From: Nemertoderma westbladi
Lineage: Eukaryota > Animalia > Xenacoelomorpha
Direction: 5' to 3'
NCBI GenBank assembly: GCA_032718475.1
Contig: JAUCBJ010007137.1
Span: 12,947 to 76,946, forward strand
Length of the DNA stretch: 64,000 nt
A program made the translations under genes and the position numbers. Below the pieces are notes generated by a model. The model worked only from the letters and a program-made list of their open reading frames with translations, was not told the origin of the DNA and made no database searches. This document shows positions 35,765 through 47,900 of the stretch, piece after piece; positions within the stretch are counted from its first letter, which is position 1, and every line of letters begins with the position of its first letter.

Positions 35765-38700
35765 ATGGAGAAAGGGATACAAGGAGAGCCGAGATGGGGA
35801 TATGATATCCAAGAGGAGGCAGCAGCGCCATTCGAAAGATTTGGAGCCAAGGATTATACTATATTCGGTATAAAGGAATTATCGGAAAGTACAGCGAAAC
35901 TCGCGAGAACTAAATATGACTCGAACGTATTAAAGAGAAGGCAAAACGCATTAAACGAAAGAATCGAAAGTTTGCGACAAACCTTCAATGAACTTTACCC
36001 GTACGACGCTTTGTGTGATACGGGAGACATTAGCGAAGACCCCGATACCGAAATTAGTCGTTTGTATCATACCATGCAATACCTAAAGGCGCACGAACCT
36101 ATGCCCGCGGTAAGAGATGAATTTGATGGAATGCATCTTTACAGACGAACTCGAGGGGACGATAGAGAAACCAAGGAAGCATTTTCAGTTTATAAACTTT
36201 ATTATCAATGCGGTTCTTGTATGCGCGAACAACGAAATGCGATTCCGATGCGTTTGAATAAGGAAAATCCCGAACCGATATTGGCGAGGTGTTCGAACCA
36301 TCAACAACTACGCTACCAGGAAGGAGGGTATCCTTTATCGAATCCATATCATTCATTTGCTATGACCGGACCAAAGGCGGGAGAAACTGTCATTTACCCA
36401 CCTAAGGTTGTTGAACCCGATGTATTTGAACTTACGCTGGACGAGGCAAACCAGTCAACCCGCGAAAAGAAAGAAGCTCTTAGCCTATACAGAGCCTACA
36501 AGGCTTTCGAGAAAGGTGAGATGGAAGAATGGGGTGGAAGACTCGCAAGCCTACCTTGCCATTGGACGTCACACGATCAAACTTCAGCTAAGGAGATGAC
36601 ACCGGAAGTTTTCGAGAGCATAAACTTTGCTCAAAACGTTATTCAGAGACTACAGATTGCATCCCCGGAGAGGACAAGAGAAATGCAACCGTATAGTACT
36701 TCAACTACGAAACCATTGAGTACGACACTCAATTTTCCTATTAGTATACCAGTCCGACAGGATACGACGTACGAAATACCCATCGTGGATCATCCAGAAA
36801 TCATTTCAAACTTGGAGTTTCTTCCTGCAGTTGTTTTCAGCGATATGAGTAAGATATATGATTTACGTAGACATATTACTCAAAAGGTCGTGTACAACGT
36901 TCCACCTCATATTCAAGATTTCAAGGAACTGGATAGAGCAGGTGCCGATATAGCTCCGAGTAATCTGAAAGGATATCTAACCAAGACGATTCGTTTATGG
37001 ATTGGAACCGGAACCTTCGAGTCGGATACAGATATTGCCGCAGATTGGCGAGGTAAGGTTATTCGTTTCGAAGATGATAAGGACATAGAGAAGATTTGGC
37101 AACCTTCGGAAGAATTGTTGGACGAATGGAATAGGACGTTCAGATCGTTTCAGGAAAATGGTTACATGTTTTACGACAACGAGGGCGGCAGTCATCAGCA
37201 GAGTTTGACTTCTAAGACTATACAAATTAGAGCGGCGGACGGAGTCCTGCACGTTTTCAGTAGACAGAGGAGCGACAAACGAATGCCGATACCTCCAGCG
37301 AATACAAAGCGACACCATCTTATCACCGACATAGTAAAGAAGATGGACCAAGCTTGTAATATTGACGCTAGAATGCTACCGAAGATGGTAAGAAACATGA
37401 TTTTAGATAAAACTGTTGTAAAGATTGGATCAGGAGTAAGGGAGGATTTAATTAGCGACTTCGCCGGCATGACGGACAGCGATGACCGACTACCGACACC
37501 TTACGTCGACACTCGACCTCTTATTTTGTGGTCTATAGAACAGGGATATTTTCGTGAGTATAATACTCAGAAGACTGGAACTGGATACATTTCCTACCTG
37601 TTATTCAATTGGGATTATAAGGAAAATAAGAGAAACAAGTATATTGAAACTTATGGAGAAGGTGATACTCCAGATATGAGTGAGTTTGAATCACAGCTTA
37701 AATGGAGAGGATGCGTGTATTGGGCTATTACGTCACCTCAAAGAGCAGTCCTACAATATTATTTAGCAATAGAGTCGTCAGTGAATGTTTGCCTAATCGC
37801 CGACATTGTGTCTCGGACTCTCAAAAGACATCCACTTTGTCTCGGAGAAGATCATACGTTCTACATGGAAGGGAGAATTCGTACCGACGTGTTTAGACGA
37901 TTCCTTGAACCCTTCTACAACTCCGACGCTCAGTGTAATGCCTTTACTCGAGCAGGATTTAGTATATTTCGAGACGTGTATCTTCGCTGTGCAGGATCTC
38001 TTATCGAAAGACCATCTATGTTTACATTGTTACCCTATGAAGGAGAACGTATCGTGGAGATTACGGATGAATCACGGCAGACGCGCGCGCCTATCGGTCA
38101 CCTTGGTGATGATTTCGAAGTAACTACTACGATTGCCGACGATCCTTTAGAGGAACTTCTTGAGATAGAAAGGAACCTCCCGAAGAAATCTCAGACGGAG
38201 ATTCGACAACTTGAAGCAACAGATGCTATAGTTTGTATACAACCTTCAGAAACCTACCAACCCATAGACCCAGATGATTACGATTATAGTGTGGGAGGAA
38301 GCGCTCGACCGATTGGAGATCTTATATACGAACGAGTGTGGTACCCTGCCAATACGATGTGTAGTAAATGTGGCGTCGCTGGACATCATATGACAAAGTG
38401 CAGTGGAAAGCACATTACTACGACTCAGCTAATCTGTGGATGGTGTGGGGATCAAGGGTCTCATACCTTTTATACTTGCTGGAGATTTATGGCTCAATGT
38501 ACTTATTGCAATATAAAAGGACATCGAGCATCTGAATGCCAACTAAGAGATATACCTTATGAACACGAATCTGTAAAACTCGTGAGGAAGTTATTTGATG
38601 AGTGGGAAGATTTAGCCGACGAACATGTATCAGCACAAAGAAGACGGTTTCCGATGAGAGCGCATCTCGGATTTTGGGCGGTAAATCCTCAAACGATGAT

Positions 38701-38968
38701 GTCGGAAGGATATATCTCCGCTATGCCCCAATATGACGAACTTATCGAGGTAGTTGATATTTTGCCCCACGACAGCGGATTCCGAGTGGTGCGCGAGTAT
38801 CTACTACAGATTCACCCGGATAACAAAAACACGTGGAATTTTCAGAAAGTCGTTAATCGCATTACATATGGTGAATTCGATCGTTTCCGAACTGAAAAGC
38901 GGAATAAAGGAGCTTGGTTAACCGTCGCATGGGCGTACCGAGCCGCGTTTTACCATAAACGTATATGA
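35765..38968 (+). CDS. Extra ORF in element A: DEDDy 3'-5' exonuclease (WRN/EXD2/Mut-7-like) + three CCHC zinc knuckles
   Basis: ExoI FYDNEG (37175), TIQI, LPKMVRNMILDKTVVKIGSGVRED (ExoII), YVDT, and W..TSPQRAVLQYYLAIE (ExoIII-like). Knuckles CSKCGVAGHHMTKC, CGWCGDQGSHTFYTC and CTYCNIKGHRASEC at 38360-38539. Confidence 0.8.
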   Translation: MEKGIQGEPRWGYDIQEEAAAPFERFGAKDYTIFGIKELSESTAKLARTKYDSNVLKRRQNALNERIESLRQTFNELYPYDALCDTGDISEDPDTEISRLYHTMQYLKAHEPMPAVRDEFDGMHLYRRTRGDDRETKEAFSVYKLYYQCGSCMREQRNAIPMRLNKENPEPILARCSNHQQLRYQEGGYPLSNPYHSFAMTGPKAGETVIYPPKVVEPDVFELTLDEANQSTREKKEALSLYRAYKAFEKGEMEEWGGRLASLPCHWTSHDQTSAKEMTPEVFESINFAQNVIQRLQIASPERTREMQPYSTSTTKPLSTTLNFPISIPVRQDTTYEIPIVDHPEIISNLEFLPAVVFSDMSKIYDLRRHITQKVVYNVPPHIQDFKELDRAGADIAPSNLKGYLTKTIRLWIGTGTFESDTDIAADWRGKVIRFEDDKDIEKIWQPSEELLDEWNRTFRSFQENGYMFYDNEGGSHQQSLTSKTIQIRAADGVLHVFSRQRSDKRMPIPPANTKRHHLITDIVKKMDQACNIDARMLPKMVRNMILDKTVVKIGSGVREDLISDFAGMTDSDDRLPTPYVDTRPLILWSIEQGYFREYNTQKTGTGYISYLLFNWDYKENKRNKYIETYGEGDTPDMSEFESQLKWRGCVYWAITSPQRAVLQYYLAIESSVNVCLIADIVSRTLKRHPLCLGEDHTFYMEGRIRTDVFRRFLEPFYNSDAQCNAFTRAGFSIFRDVYLRCAGSLIERPSMFTLLPYEGERIVEITDESRQTRAPIGHLGDDFEVTTTIADDPLEELLEIERNLPKKSQTEIRQLEATDAIVCIQPSETYQPIDPDDYDYSVGGSARPIGDLIYERVWYPANTMCSKCGVAGHHMTKCSGKHITTTQLICGWCGDQGSHTFYTCWRFMAQCTYCNIKGHRASECQLRDIPYEHESVKLVRKLFDEWEDLADEHVSAQRRRFPMRAHLGFWAVNPQTMMSEGYISAMPQYDELIEVVDILPHDSGFRVVREYLLQIHPDNKNTWNFQKVVNRITYGEFDRFRTEKRNKGAWLTVAWAYRAAFYHKRI

Positions 38969-39559
38969 GCGAGCGTATTCGAGGAAGAAGAGGTCCTAGA
39001 GGCGACAAATATACCAGCCACTCCGGTTGCGCCGTCTGCACGTCACCCTCGGGAGGACGGGCAGGGTAGGATCATACGGGTCCAGAAAGTGGGCCAACAA
39101 TTAAAGAAAATTATTAATGTAGAAGAACGCAAGGGAGTTGAGCCGACCATTCGAGTTACTCGGGATACGGTATCGCTTCCAAGAGAACCAGTAGGAGGAT
39201 CGGGACATACACCAGCTGATCAACAGGGGGCGCAAGCTACTCTTGGGTCTGCGTCATCCACCTTTCGCGCGTTCCCAGACGTTCTACCAACTGTAGTGAC
39301 AACTGATCGGTCACGAGGAATCGGTCGAGGTTTTGGGATGCCAAATAGACGAATTTGCGAAGAAATAGTCGCACCGTCTCTCAACGTCCCAAGTAAACCA
39401 GTGACTCGCCCCATTAGTCCCATATCGCGAGCAAAGTCACCTGTGCGCAGTTTTCGAGGATGCGGCAGGGCTCGATCAACTAAGCGATAAAAAGGAGGGC
39501 AAGGGTGGACGTAAGACTCGTGAGCCTTTCTTATGATTTGTGATTTATTTGAATTTATA

Positions 39560-40210
39560 TTTATATTTGTGTTTATTCCGAACTTAAGCAATTTGTATTG
39601 TTCCGAATTTATGAAATTTAGAAAGTTTATATTTAGAAGGAACTTATATTTGAAAGATTTATGTTTCATATTTGAGATGCAAAGGAGTTTATATTATTCT
39701 AAACTTATGCAGTTGATATTTATATTTGCAAGATTTATATTTAGTAAGAATTTATATTTTATATTTGTGATTATTCCGAACTTACGCAATTTGTAATTAT
39801 TCCGAACTTATGCAATTTATATTATTCCGAACTTATGCAATTTATATTGTTCCGAATATTATGCAATTTATATCTTATAAGCAGTATTTGTATTTACAGT
39901 AAAATAGAAAGTAAGAGTAGATGGAAGACTCGTGGGCCTTTCTTATAGTTTCATTTGTAAAGTGTTATATTTTGTATTTAGAAAGTTTTATAGATAGAAA
40001 GTTTTGTGCTTAGAAAGACTCATATTTGTAATTATTCCAAACTTATGCAATCTACATTTAGGTACGAAAGTATTTGTAATTACTTGAATTTATGCAATAT
40101 TTGAGATGCAATAGTAGATGGAAGACTCGCGAGCCTTTCTTATTGTTTTCATTTATTTGTATTTGTAATTGTTTGAATTTATGCAATATTGAGATGCAAT
40201 AGATTTATAT
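39560..40210 (+). repeat. AT-rich 3' UTR repeats (ttattccgaacttatgcaattt)
   Basis: Multiple imperfect ~24-bp units. Confidence 0.75.
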
Positions 40211-40435
40211 TGGTGAATTTAATTTAGATTTATATTGTACTTACCTAGTAAAGCCCTAAATACGTAAAGTTTGAATTTGTAATTATTTTGTATCGAATCA
40301 TTACGTAGAAAGGAAGTATTGTTTGGAATTTAATTTGTAAATATGTAAGTACGCCCTAAGTATTCTATAGTTTGATTGATTATTGGTGAAAACCGTATAT
40401 TTTATGCACGATAATATCCTGTTTTCATGGAGCGG

Positions 40436-42336
40436 TATAGAATTATATTCCCTAAATGCCGTGGATTTTCAAAATTTTATTTTATTCGAATTAACTTTGT
40501 AAAAGATTGCTTTGAAGTTCTCATTTGTATTTGTAATATCTATTGTACATCTATTGGTCAAGTGGTTCAGTAGCTCAGTCGGTAGAGCGTTGGAAATTAT
40601 ATGTGTAGTAGGTATTGAGTTCGAATCCTAGTAAGTGCGAATTATTTTTTGTGCAGAATTTCAACTCATTTAAATTAACCGCTACAAATTAATTGCATTT
40701 GTCTGTACCAATGAGACCGTAGTTATTTGATTGTAACCAATGTCGTGCAAGTTATATATTAGCTGGACCAATAGCTATCTTTAAAACCCTGTTAGAACCT
40801 ATAGAACAATCGAGAATTTTCTCGATTGATTGCAGCACAAATTTGCTATATAAAGGTGCGATTTGTTCATTAGTTATCTCAATCTTATACATTCATTATC
40901 TCAGTGCATTCTATCTATATCTTTCTGATCTCATTAGTTATTATCTTATCTGTTTGATTTGTAATAAAAGTTAGAAATACTTGTCAATCTCAGCCCTTTT
41001 TTATCTGTTTTACCATGGATTCACTACGGTGAACAAACTTAGGGACAGGATGGCCGGCTAGAGATCGGGCCGCAGCAATGAACGGGAACATCGGGGGAAT
41101 GTAGACGAGAGACAACCCGCAATACCATCTTGAGTTATTCGCCCATCGCCTGAAAGGTTAGACAGCGTTCGACGCCTTGCTACCTAAGTATAAGACCAAA
41201 AGATCAAAAGGTAGAAGTAGTGACACGCTGTGAGCCTAAAATTACATCTTAGGGACTGTACTGTCTTGATTCAGGAAAAACCGCAGTAGACCTTCATATT
41301 CCTACGGGGAGGGAGAGAGAGCAGGCAGATACTAGTACGCAGATATGACGTAGGCACACCGGTACGAAGCATACAAATTGGTAGGGTGCAGCAAACTGTA
41401 CTCCTAACTCTTGCTAAGTACAGGTGTGTGTGCGACTATTTGTAGTACGACAGTGTCCATTGCATTAGAACTTGTAGGCTAGGGGGGTTGCTGTGTTTTC
41501 ACCTGAATTGGGATTGTACCGTTCAGGCGGTAGGGCAGTTTACAGCTAGGCGCAAATAAATTGAGGCTATTAGGGATACTAACATCTACCGTGTCCCCGC
41601 CAACGCCCTAATAGGAAGTTACCCGGACTACCTGGGTGACTGAAATTCTAGATAGGACGCCAGGATAGCTATTAGTAACTGTACGCCTACAGTAGTAAAC
41701 TAACACATCTCTTCTTAGTATCAGGGACCTGGTACCTAAAATTGCCGAATTCTGGGCGTAGCATTAACCTTATGCCTGAATTTGAGTCCTGGAAATACGC
41801 AAGAGGGGAAGGAACCTTATCATTCGTGAGTATTGGACCTACAAGTTACAAAGTTTGAATATTCGTAAAATGCACACCGTACCCAGTAATTATATATGTG
41901 AAGGAGCAAAACTGTTTTTGACCGTTCAGAATTAACACACGCGCGTTAGAAATTATTTACACCTCAAAATATATAAAATTAACTTTCGTCCTTTCTGCAC
42001 TTTGCTCGCTAGTTAGACATCTCCAAAATATCTGCCTCTGTACCTAGCTAGCGTCCCTTTTTGCCCAACCATATAAATCACACCGCGGCAAAGTATACGA
42101 GCCCCTTAGTCCGTCAGTGAGTCAGCCTGATTTTAGGATTCGCTGCGCGGGATTTTGTTTTATCGAAGTTTGTCTGCTCGTAGACTGTTTTCTGCCTCAC
42201 CGGTTATAAGAGATCGATACTGCATATATATTCGCTTACTTAGAGTTTACTGTTTTGGTGAGAAGGTCGGATTTATGATTTGATTCACAAACTTTACAGT
42301 AGGATATTGCAGGTATTGTTGCTGTCTCTTCATATA
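40436..42336 (+). repeat. Element A 3' LTR
   Basis: Preceded by PPT-position sequence ttttcatggagcgg; followed by TSD tatgt. Confidence 0.92.
40564..40650 (+). ncRNA. tRNA-like Pol III unit, A 3' LTR copy
   Basis: Same as 24048-24134. Confidence 0.6.
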
Positions 42337-43315
42337 TATGTACTCACGTACTGACGAACGGCAATAGTTCGCACCTGTGAGAAATACAGGTTAAACCAGG
42401 GATTTGTAATACTGAGGGGGGGGGGGGGGGGGGGGGGGTTGTCTGAATATAATTATTTGATCCTAAATTTGTGGCGTCCCAGGACGGCGTCACGCTTACC
42501 CTGATCTATAGGTCTTATGTCGGGCAAGGGCGTCGAACAAAGTCTTACCTTCCTCGTAAAGCGGGCGCTGCATGGCAATGTGGAGTATTTCGAAGGGCGA
42601 AGGGGGTGCGCGGTCTAATCTAATGTGGGCGCTAGCGTGTTGTGGACATCCTTTCCCTGCGTTGCTGACGGCCTAACGGTCTAGGCTGCCATCTTCCCGA
42701 TGCTTGGCTGTCCCAAAGTTGGACCAAAGGAAAACATGTTCAGGAATTTACAGTGTATTTACAGTTTAGCAAAGATTTATCAAACAGATTTACCAATAGT
42801 TTCAACAAGAAACAAATAAATGACAACTAAAGCATAACGAGAAGTTATACGCAAATGATTAGTGTATGTATCTCGAATGATTAGTGCAAGAGTGATAACC
42901 GAAGGCAAACCAGCCCTTTATATACTAAATCGGGGACATAGAATCCGCTAGAACCTTCCAGAGTATTCCATGGCCTCACATTGGAGCAATAAGATGTTCC
43001 ATGCCCTATGATTGGCCCAACTCATCGTTCGATATGTTGTACACACCTCATTGGCTTACAGATCTGTACCAAATGAAAATAAATTGCCCCAAAATACAAA
43101 TTTCCCGACTGGGATTCGAACTCGTAACCTATCTGTAATGTAACCAACGCCTTAACCATCTGACCACTACGCCACAAGAGTAAGTAGGGGTTTTATGTGT
43201 ACAAATATGAATAGGCATATTACATTACTGTAACTTTCAAAATGCGTCGGATTTTCGAAAGTTTTTACGTTAAAGTTAAACTACAAATGCTATCTTATAG
43301 TGAAATAATTCATCA
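42337..43315 (-). repeat. Element B 3' LTR, proximal part
   Basis: Matches 55914-56898. Confidence 0.9.
43091..43173 (-). ncRNA. tRNA-like Pol III unit, B 3' LTR
   Basis: Minus strand reads GGCGTAGTGGTCAGATGGTTAAGGCGTTGG...GAGTTCGAATCCCAGTCGGGAAATTTGTATTTT. Confidence 0.6.
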
Positions 43316-43949
43316 CCGCTCCATGAAAACAGTAAGTAAGACTGTTTTCACCAATCGAAATACAAACTATTTACAAAATACTTCTAAATCTACTGGTAGG
43401 GCCTAAAATATAAAATAATCACTATCTAATTATTGCATACTTAATATTGCAGGTACGGCGTAAATACAATCTATCATACATACAAAATACAAATTTACCA
43501 ATTAACTTTAGTGCATAAAATACAAAAAAAGCTTTCGGTTATCAAGATAAGCAAATTAAACAAATCAGAACAAACCAAATCAGAACAAATCAAACAAATA
43601 ATTATAAATCTTTCAATAGTCTTTATATATTGCGAATATACATAATAAATTCACCAAATTAAATCAATCCGAATATAAAATAAACATAATACGCTAATAT
43701 CTTTCAAATAAGTCTTAAGGTGTCCTCCTGACGATCTTAAAAGTTCGTCCTGCTGGTCTAGATATCTTCTCCTGAGCACCAATTGCTAACGGTAGGCTCG
43801 CAAGCCTTCCTTTTCTATCTCGCTCCTCCAAACCCAACATCCAAACATAAATACCCAAACGTAATGTCCAATATAAATACCCAAATATAATATCCAAATA
43901 TAAATATCTGGCTGGTCTTGCGACTGGTACTACCGCTCCAGCAGAATGG

Positions 43950-44260
43950 GGCCAAGGCTCTCGCGCCACCCCGACATGAGGCATCTGCAGTCGCAGTCTC
44001 CGCGACAAATGCCGAGCAAAGGCGATACTATCGAAAAGCTCGGGTGTCATCCCCCCAGGTTCGGTTTGATCATGGGATATCCAGTAAAATGGTAGGCTTG
44101 CGAGCCTTCCGCCGAACTCCTCAATCTCGCCTTTCTCGTATTCCTTCAAATTCGTCCCTGGCTGCAGGCAAGGGTTCGTTTGCCGTCAATTATTGCAGCG
44201 TATGATATAATCGGCGTATCTCCGTTTCTGGATCCTCGCAAATGTCACTGGCGTCGCATA
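43950..44260 (-). pseudogene. Remnant of the extra ORF in element B
   Basis: DICEDPETEIRRLYHTLQ and EKGEIEEFGGRLASLPFYWISHDQT..MTPELFDSIAFA match the N-terminal part of ORF 35765-38968; the rest is deleted. Confidence 0.85.
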
Positions 44261-44961
44261 ACAGGAGGAAGCACAACAGAGGTTAGATGTGAGGTTACTT
44301 AGAGTTTTGTCGGCTTTTGGCTCAACTTTGCTCTAAAACCCCTACCATTTGCCTAATGACTTCGGGTTCGCGTGATTTCGCACTGGCTCCTAATCCAAAA
44401 AATTGTGCCGATAAAAAACGAATTCCGGGTAAACTAGCCGCGAGTCTAAAATACTCACCTTTTAATTTCCCAAACTACATTCCCAATGAAATAATGCAGT
44501 CGAGAATTAATTCGGTCTAAATAATAGTAGACACGACTACGTAGAACAAGGCCGGTTTTCTTTTCCAAAATTCCTTTTCTTTATCGGTAGGCTCGCAAGC
44601 CTTCCATCCGCTCTTGTCCTCCCCAATTTTAATTTTTATCTAGCTGTATTCTAGAATTCGCATTCACTGGATTCGAATCATTTTTCTTAAATTTAAATTT
44701 AACAAATGGATTTGTCTAATAATTTTTGAAAAATTGTCTCACTTGTGGGTTCCAAGTGGAATTCCATTCTTACTGTACACACAATCCCGCTCCTATGTGA
44801 TACATAAGGGTACTACCCTCCATGTTCACGTATAAAGACAATGGAATTCCACTGCTGTCTCTATCTACAGTGAAGAGGATTACAAATACACATACAGTAA
44901 TACAAATACTAAATTACTAAAATATGGTAGGTCTATGTGGCGGCCAACAAAGGTCCCACAT

Positions 44962-47900
44962 CTATTTACTAACATTGGGTAGAGATCTGTAGTCTCCTGT
45001 CTCGTTTCTAGTCTCCTCAAGGAGTACGAGACGTTGTACAGGCCTATCTACGGTACGGCCGTCGATAGTCCTTACAGTAACTGTCCTTATTACACCAGAT
45101 GTAGGGTGTGTGGTCAAAATGACTCCAGTCAGCCAAAACCGTCTTTTCAGATTGACTTCAGCCAATAAAACGTGGTCACCACGTCTCAAACATCGTGTAT
45201 TAAGATACCAAGAGGTTCTGGTCGAAATAGAGGGCAAATAATATTTCTGCCATATTTCCCAGAATTTATTTGCAAGTAATTGAGTGATTTTCCAAGCCTT
45301 GTTGCCGTATCCGTCGCTATTAACGGGTACCGAAATGGGCAACAATGTCGTCGGCGCCTGCATAAGCAGGTGCGCTGGTGTCAAGGCAAACTGTGCGTCG
45401 TTATTGTCTGGGATCAAAGCGATCGGTCTAGTATTTAAAATCGCTTCGATTTCTATTAAAAACGTCGTCAGTTGGTCGTCTGTTAATATGTGTTGCGTCG
45501 GTATTACTTTAGCCATAGCTGTCTTTATTGAGCCAATCAGCCTTTCCCAAACGCCGCCTCTCCACGGACTGTCTGGAGCATTAAAATTCCAAACAATTCG
45601 GTGAGGACGTAGTTACTCGGAAATCTGGTTTTGGTCCAACTTTCTCAAAGCTCTGGTTATTTCGTTCCGTGCACCCACAAAGTTTGTCCCTTGGTCGCAA
45701 TAAATGGATTTGACCAATCCACGTCTAGCGACAAATCGCCGTAAGGCTAGGATAAAGGCATTGGTGGTTAAATCTGTCACACGCTCGATATGGACAGCTC
45801 TGCTGGCCATGCAAGTGAAGATTAATCCCCAACGTTTTACCTGTACCCTTCCGCGTTTCGCGATTATGGGTCCAAAACAGTCTATCCCTGTCTCAGTGAA
45901 AGGGGGTCTAAACGCCTGTAATCTTGCTAGTGGTAGTTCACTCATTTCCTGGTGTTCTATCCGCGCGTGCACCTTCTTACAAATCATACAGTTCCGTGTT
46001 ACCGAACTCAGTGCCTTGTTAGGCCTAATCAGTACAAACCTCGATCGTAAGTGTGATAGGCAGTGATGTCTACCCACGTGTTTGAGTTGTACATGTGCGT
46101 CCAGTATCATAGCGCGCTGTAACTCATGGTGTTGCGGTATGATGATAGGATACCTAAAGTCTAGTGCAAAGTCGATGTTTTGGAGTCTGGACTTGTGACA
46201 AAGTAAGCCCCGGTAAATAATCGGTCTCCAACTCAAAATCGGTGAAGACTTGATCTGTTTACCTTGGTTGATCGCTGTGAACTCTCGTGCGAAATATCGC
46301 AATTTATAATGGCGAATGATATCAACTTCACAATGACCAACTTCCTTTAAGGTAAGTCTTCTAGGAAAGTCGCGTTTGCCTCTGGCATATTGTCTCAAAC
46401 GTTTGAGCCATGCTAACTTGCGGCACGCGTCAGTCCATGATCTAGTTAGGTTCACTATCCTGTCAACGTAAGTGTTAGTGACGTCATCAGGTAAGGTATA
46501 GTTATGGTGTGGATACTTGTCTGGACTTGGTAGGCCCACGGACCTTCCGGTAGGTTTGTCTGAGTCCCCAAGTATGTCAATCTCCATGGTCTTACCTTTA
46601 CCGTCCACTCCTAGTGAGTTGACTGGCAGTAACGGTTTCAACTCTACAGTATCAGTGTGTTCCTGTGAGCCTGTAAGATTCCTAACCTTAGTCACACGTT
46701 TACCTGTAGGTGGTGGTAAGTCAAGCATTTTCTTTGAGCGGAGTGTGATCGCTGTGGCCACACCTTTATCGTTCAAAGAAGTCAAATTTGGTAAGTTTCT
46801 AAATGTCCGCTCCAATGGGTCTTCTACTGGAGTGTCTAGTAGACAGTCTGGTGAAGCGTCCAGTAGACAGTCTGGTGAGACGTCTGGTGAGACATAGCAC
46901 GGAACATCCGGCGAAATGTCCTGTCGTCGGTCCCAAAGAAAGTCTGGTGTAACTTCTGTCAGAAAGTCTGGTCTAAAGTCTGGTGGACAGTCTGTCGCGA
47001 TGTCTGGTTGAAAGTCTGGTGAGACGTCCGGTAGACAATCTGTTGAGAGTTCCATAAAATAATCTGGCGAGCAATCTGGAGAACAATCTGGTGTCGCATC
47101 TGGTGAACAATCTGGTGTCGCTTCTGGTGAACAATCCGGCGAGTAATCTGGTGAACAATCCGGCGAGTAATCTGGTGAACAATCCGGCGAAACGTTTGGT
47201 GAAATCCCCCGCGGAACATCCGGTGAAAGATTTGTACGAGCGTCTGGTCGAGATTCTGGTGAGACGTCTGGCGTAATGTCAGGTCTAGCGTCCAGGTCAT
47301 CAGATTTCGTCCGTCCTTGTTTCCTCTTGACCTTGGCGTTGGCTTTCGCTTTAGATTTGACAACCTTGTCGATTTTTATCTTGGCACCCTCTGGTATGGT
47401 ATTGGTTGTCGCGTCGAATAACGGTGGCCATTCGTCTGATGGTCGCTGTAGGAAATCGAGACCTCTAAACCAAAAGGATTTATTGTCCGGTTTACAAAAG
47501 TCGAGTGGTAGCATCCCCAGTGACGCAATGTCAGCTGGGTTCAGCTTCCCTGGACAGTGACGCCAATCTTGTTTGAGCGACTGGTCTAATATTTCAGCCC
47601 GTCTGTTGGCTACGAAAGTCTTGAACTCAAATGCTTTGTTGTTTATGTACCAAAGTACCAACGTCGCATCCGTCCAATATGTGACCTTCAAGTTAGCCTC
47701 CAGCTCGCGTTGAACTAGACTGACAATATCGGTGGATATCGTCCCGGCTTGCAGCTCTCCACGAGGTACAGTCATATACTTCAATGGCATTGTTCTAGCC
47801 TTAGAAGTAACGAGAGACACATCGTAGCTGTCCGATGTCACTTGTCGTCTAAAGGTATAACGTAACCCCCAATCCATCCTTGCTAGCGTCACTAAAGCTG

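Larger units (their letters stand above)
23920..42336 (+). mobile_element. BEL/Pao element A with ~1.9 kb LTRs, RT/RNase H replaced, and an extra exonuclease ORF
   Basis: Direct repeats at 23920-~25817 and 40436-~42336. TSD (a)tatgt, verified against the empty site at 55911-55925. gag-PR, IN and extra ORF present. Confidence 0.92.

Noticed and set aside
35765-38968. Envelope gene or independent host gene
   Set aside because: No evident signal peptide or transmembrane helix. It lies between the LTRs, contains the element-specific 20-nt motif and has a homologue at the same position in element B.
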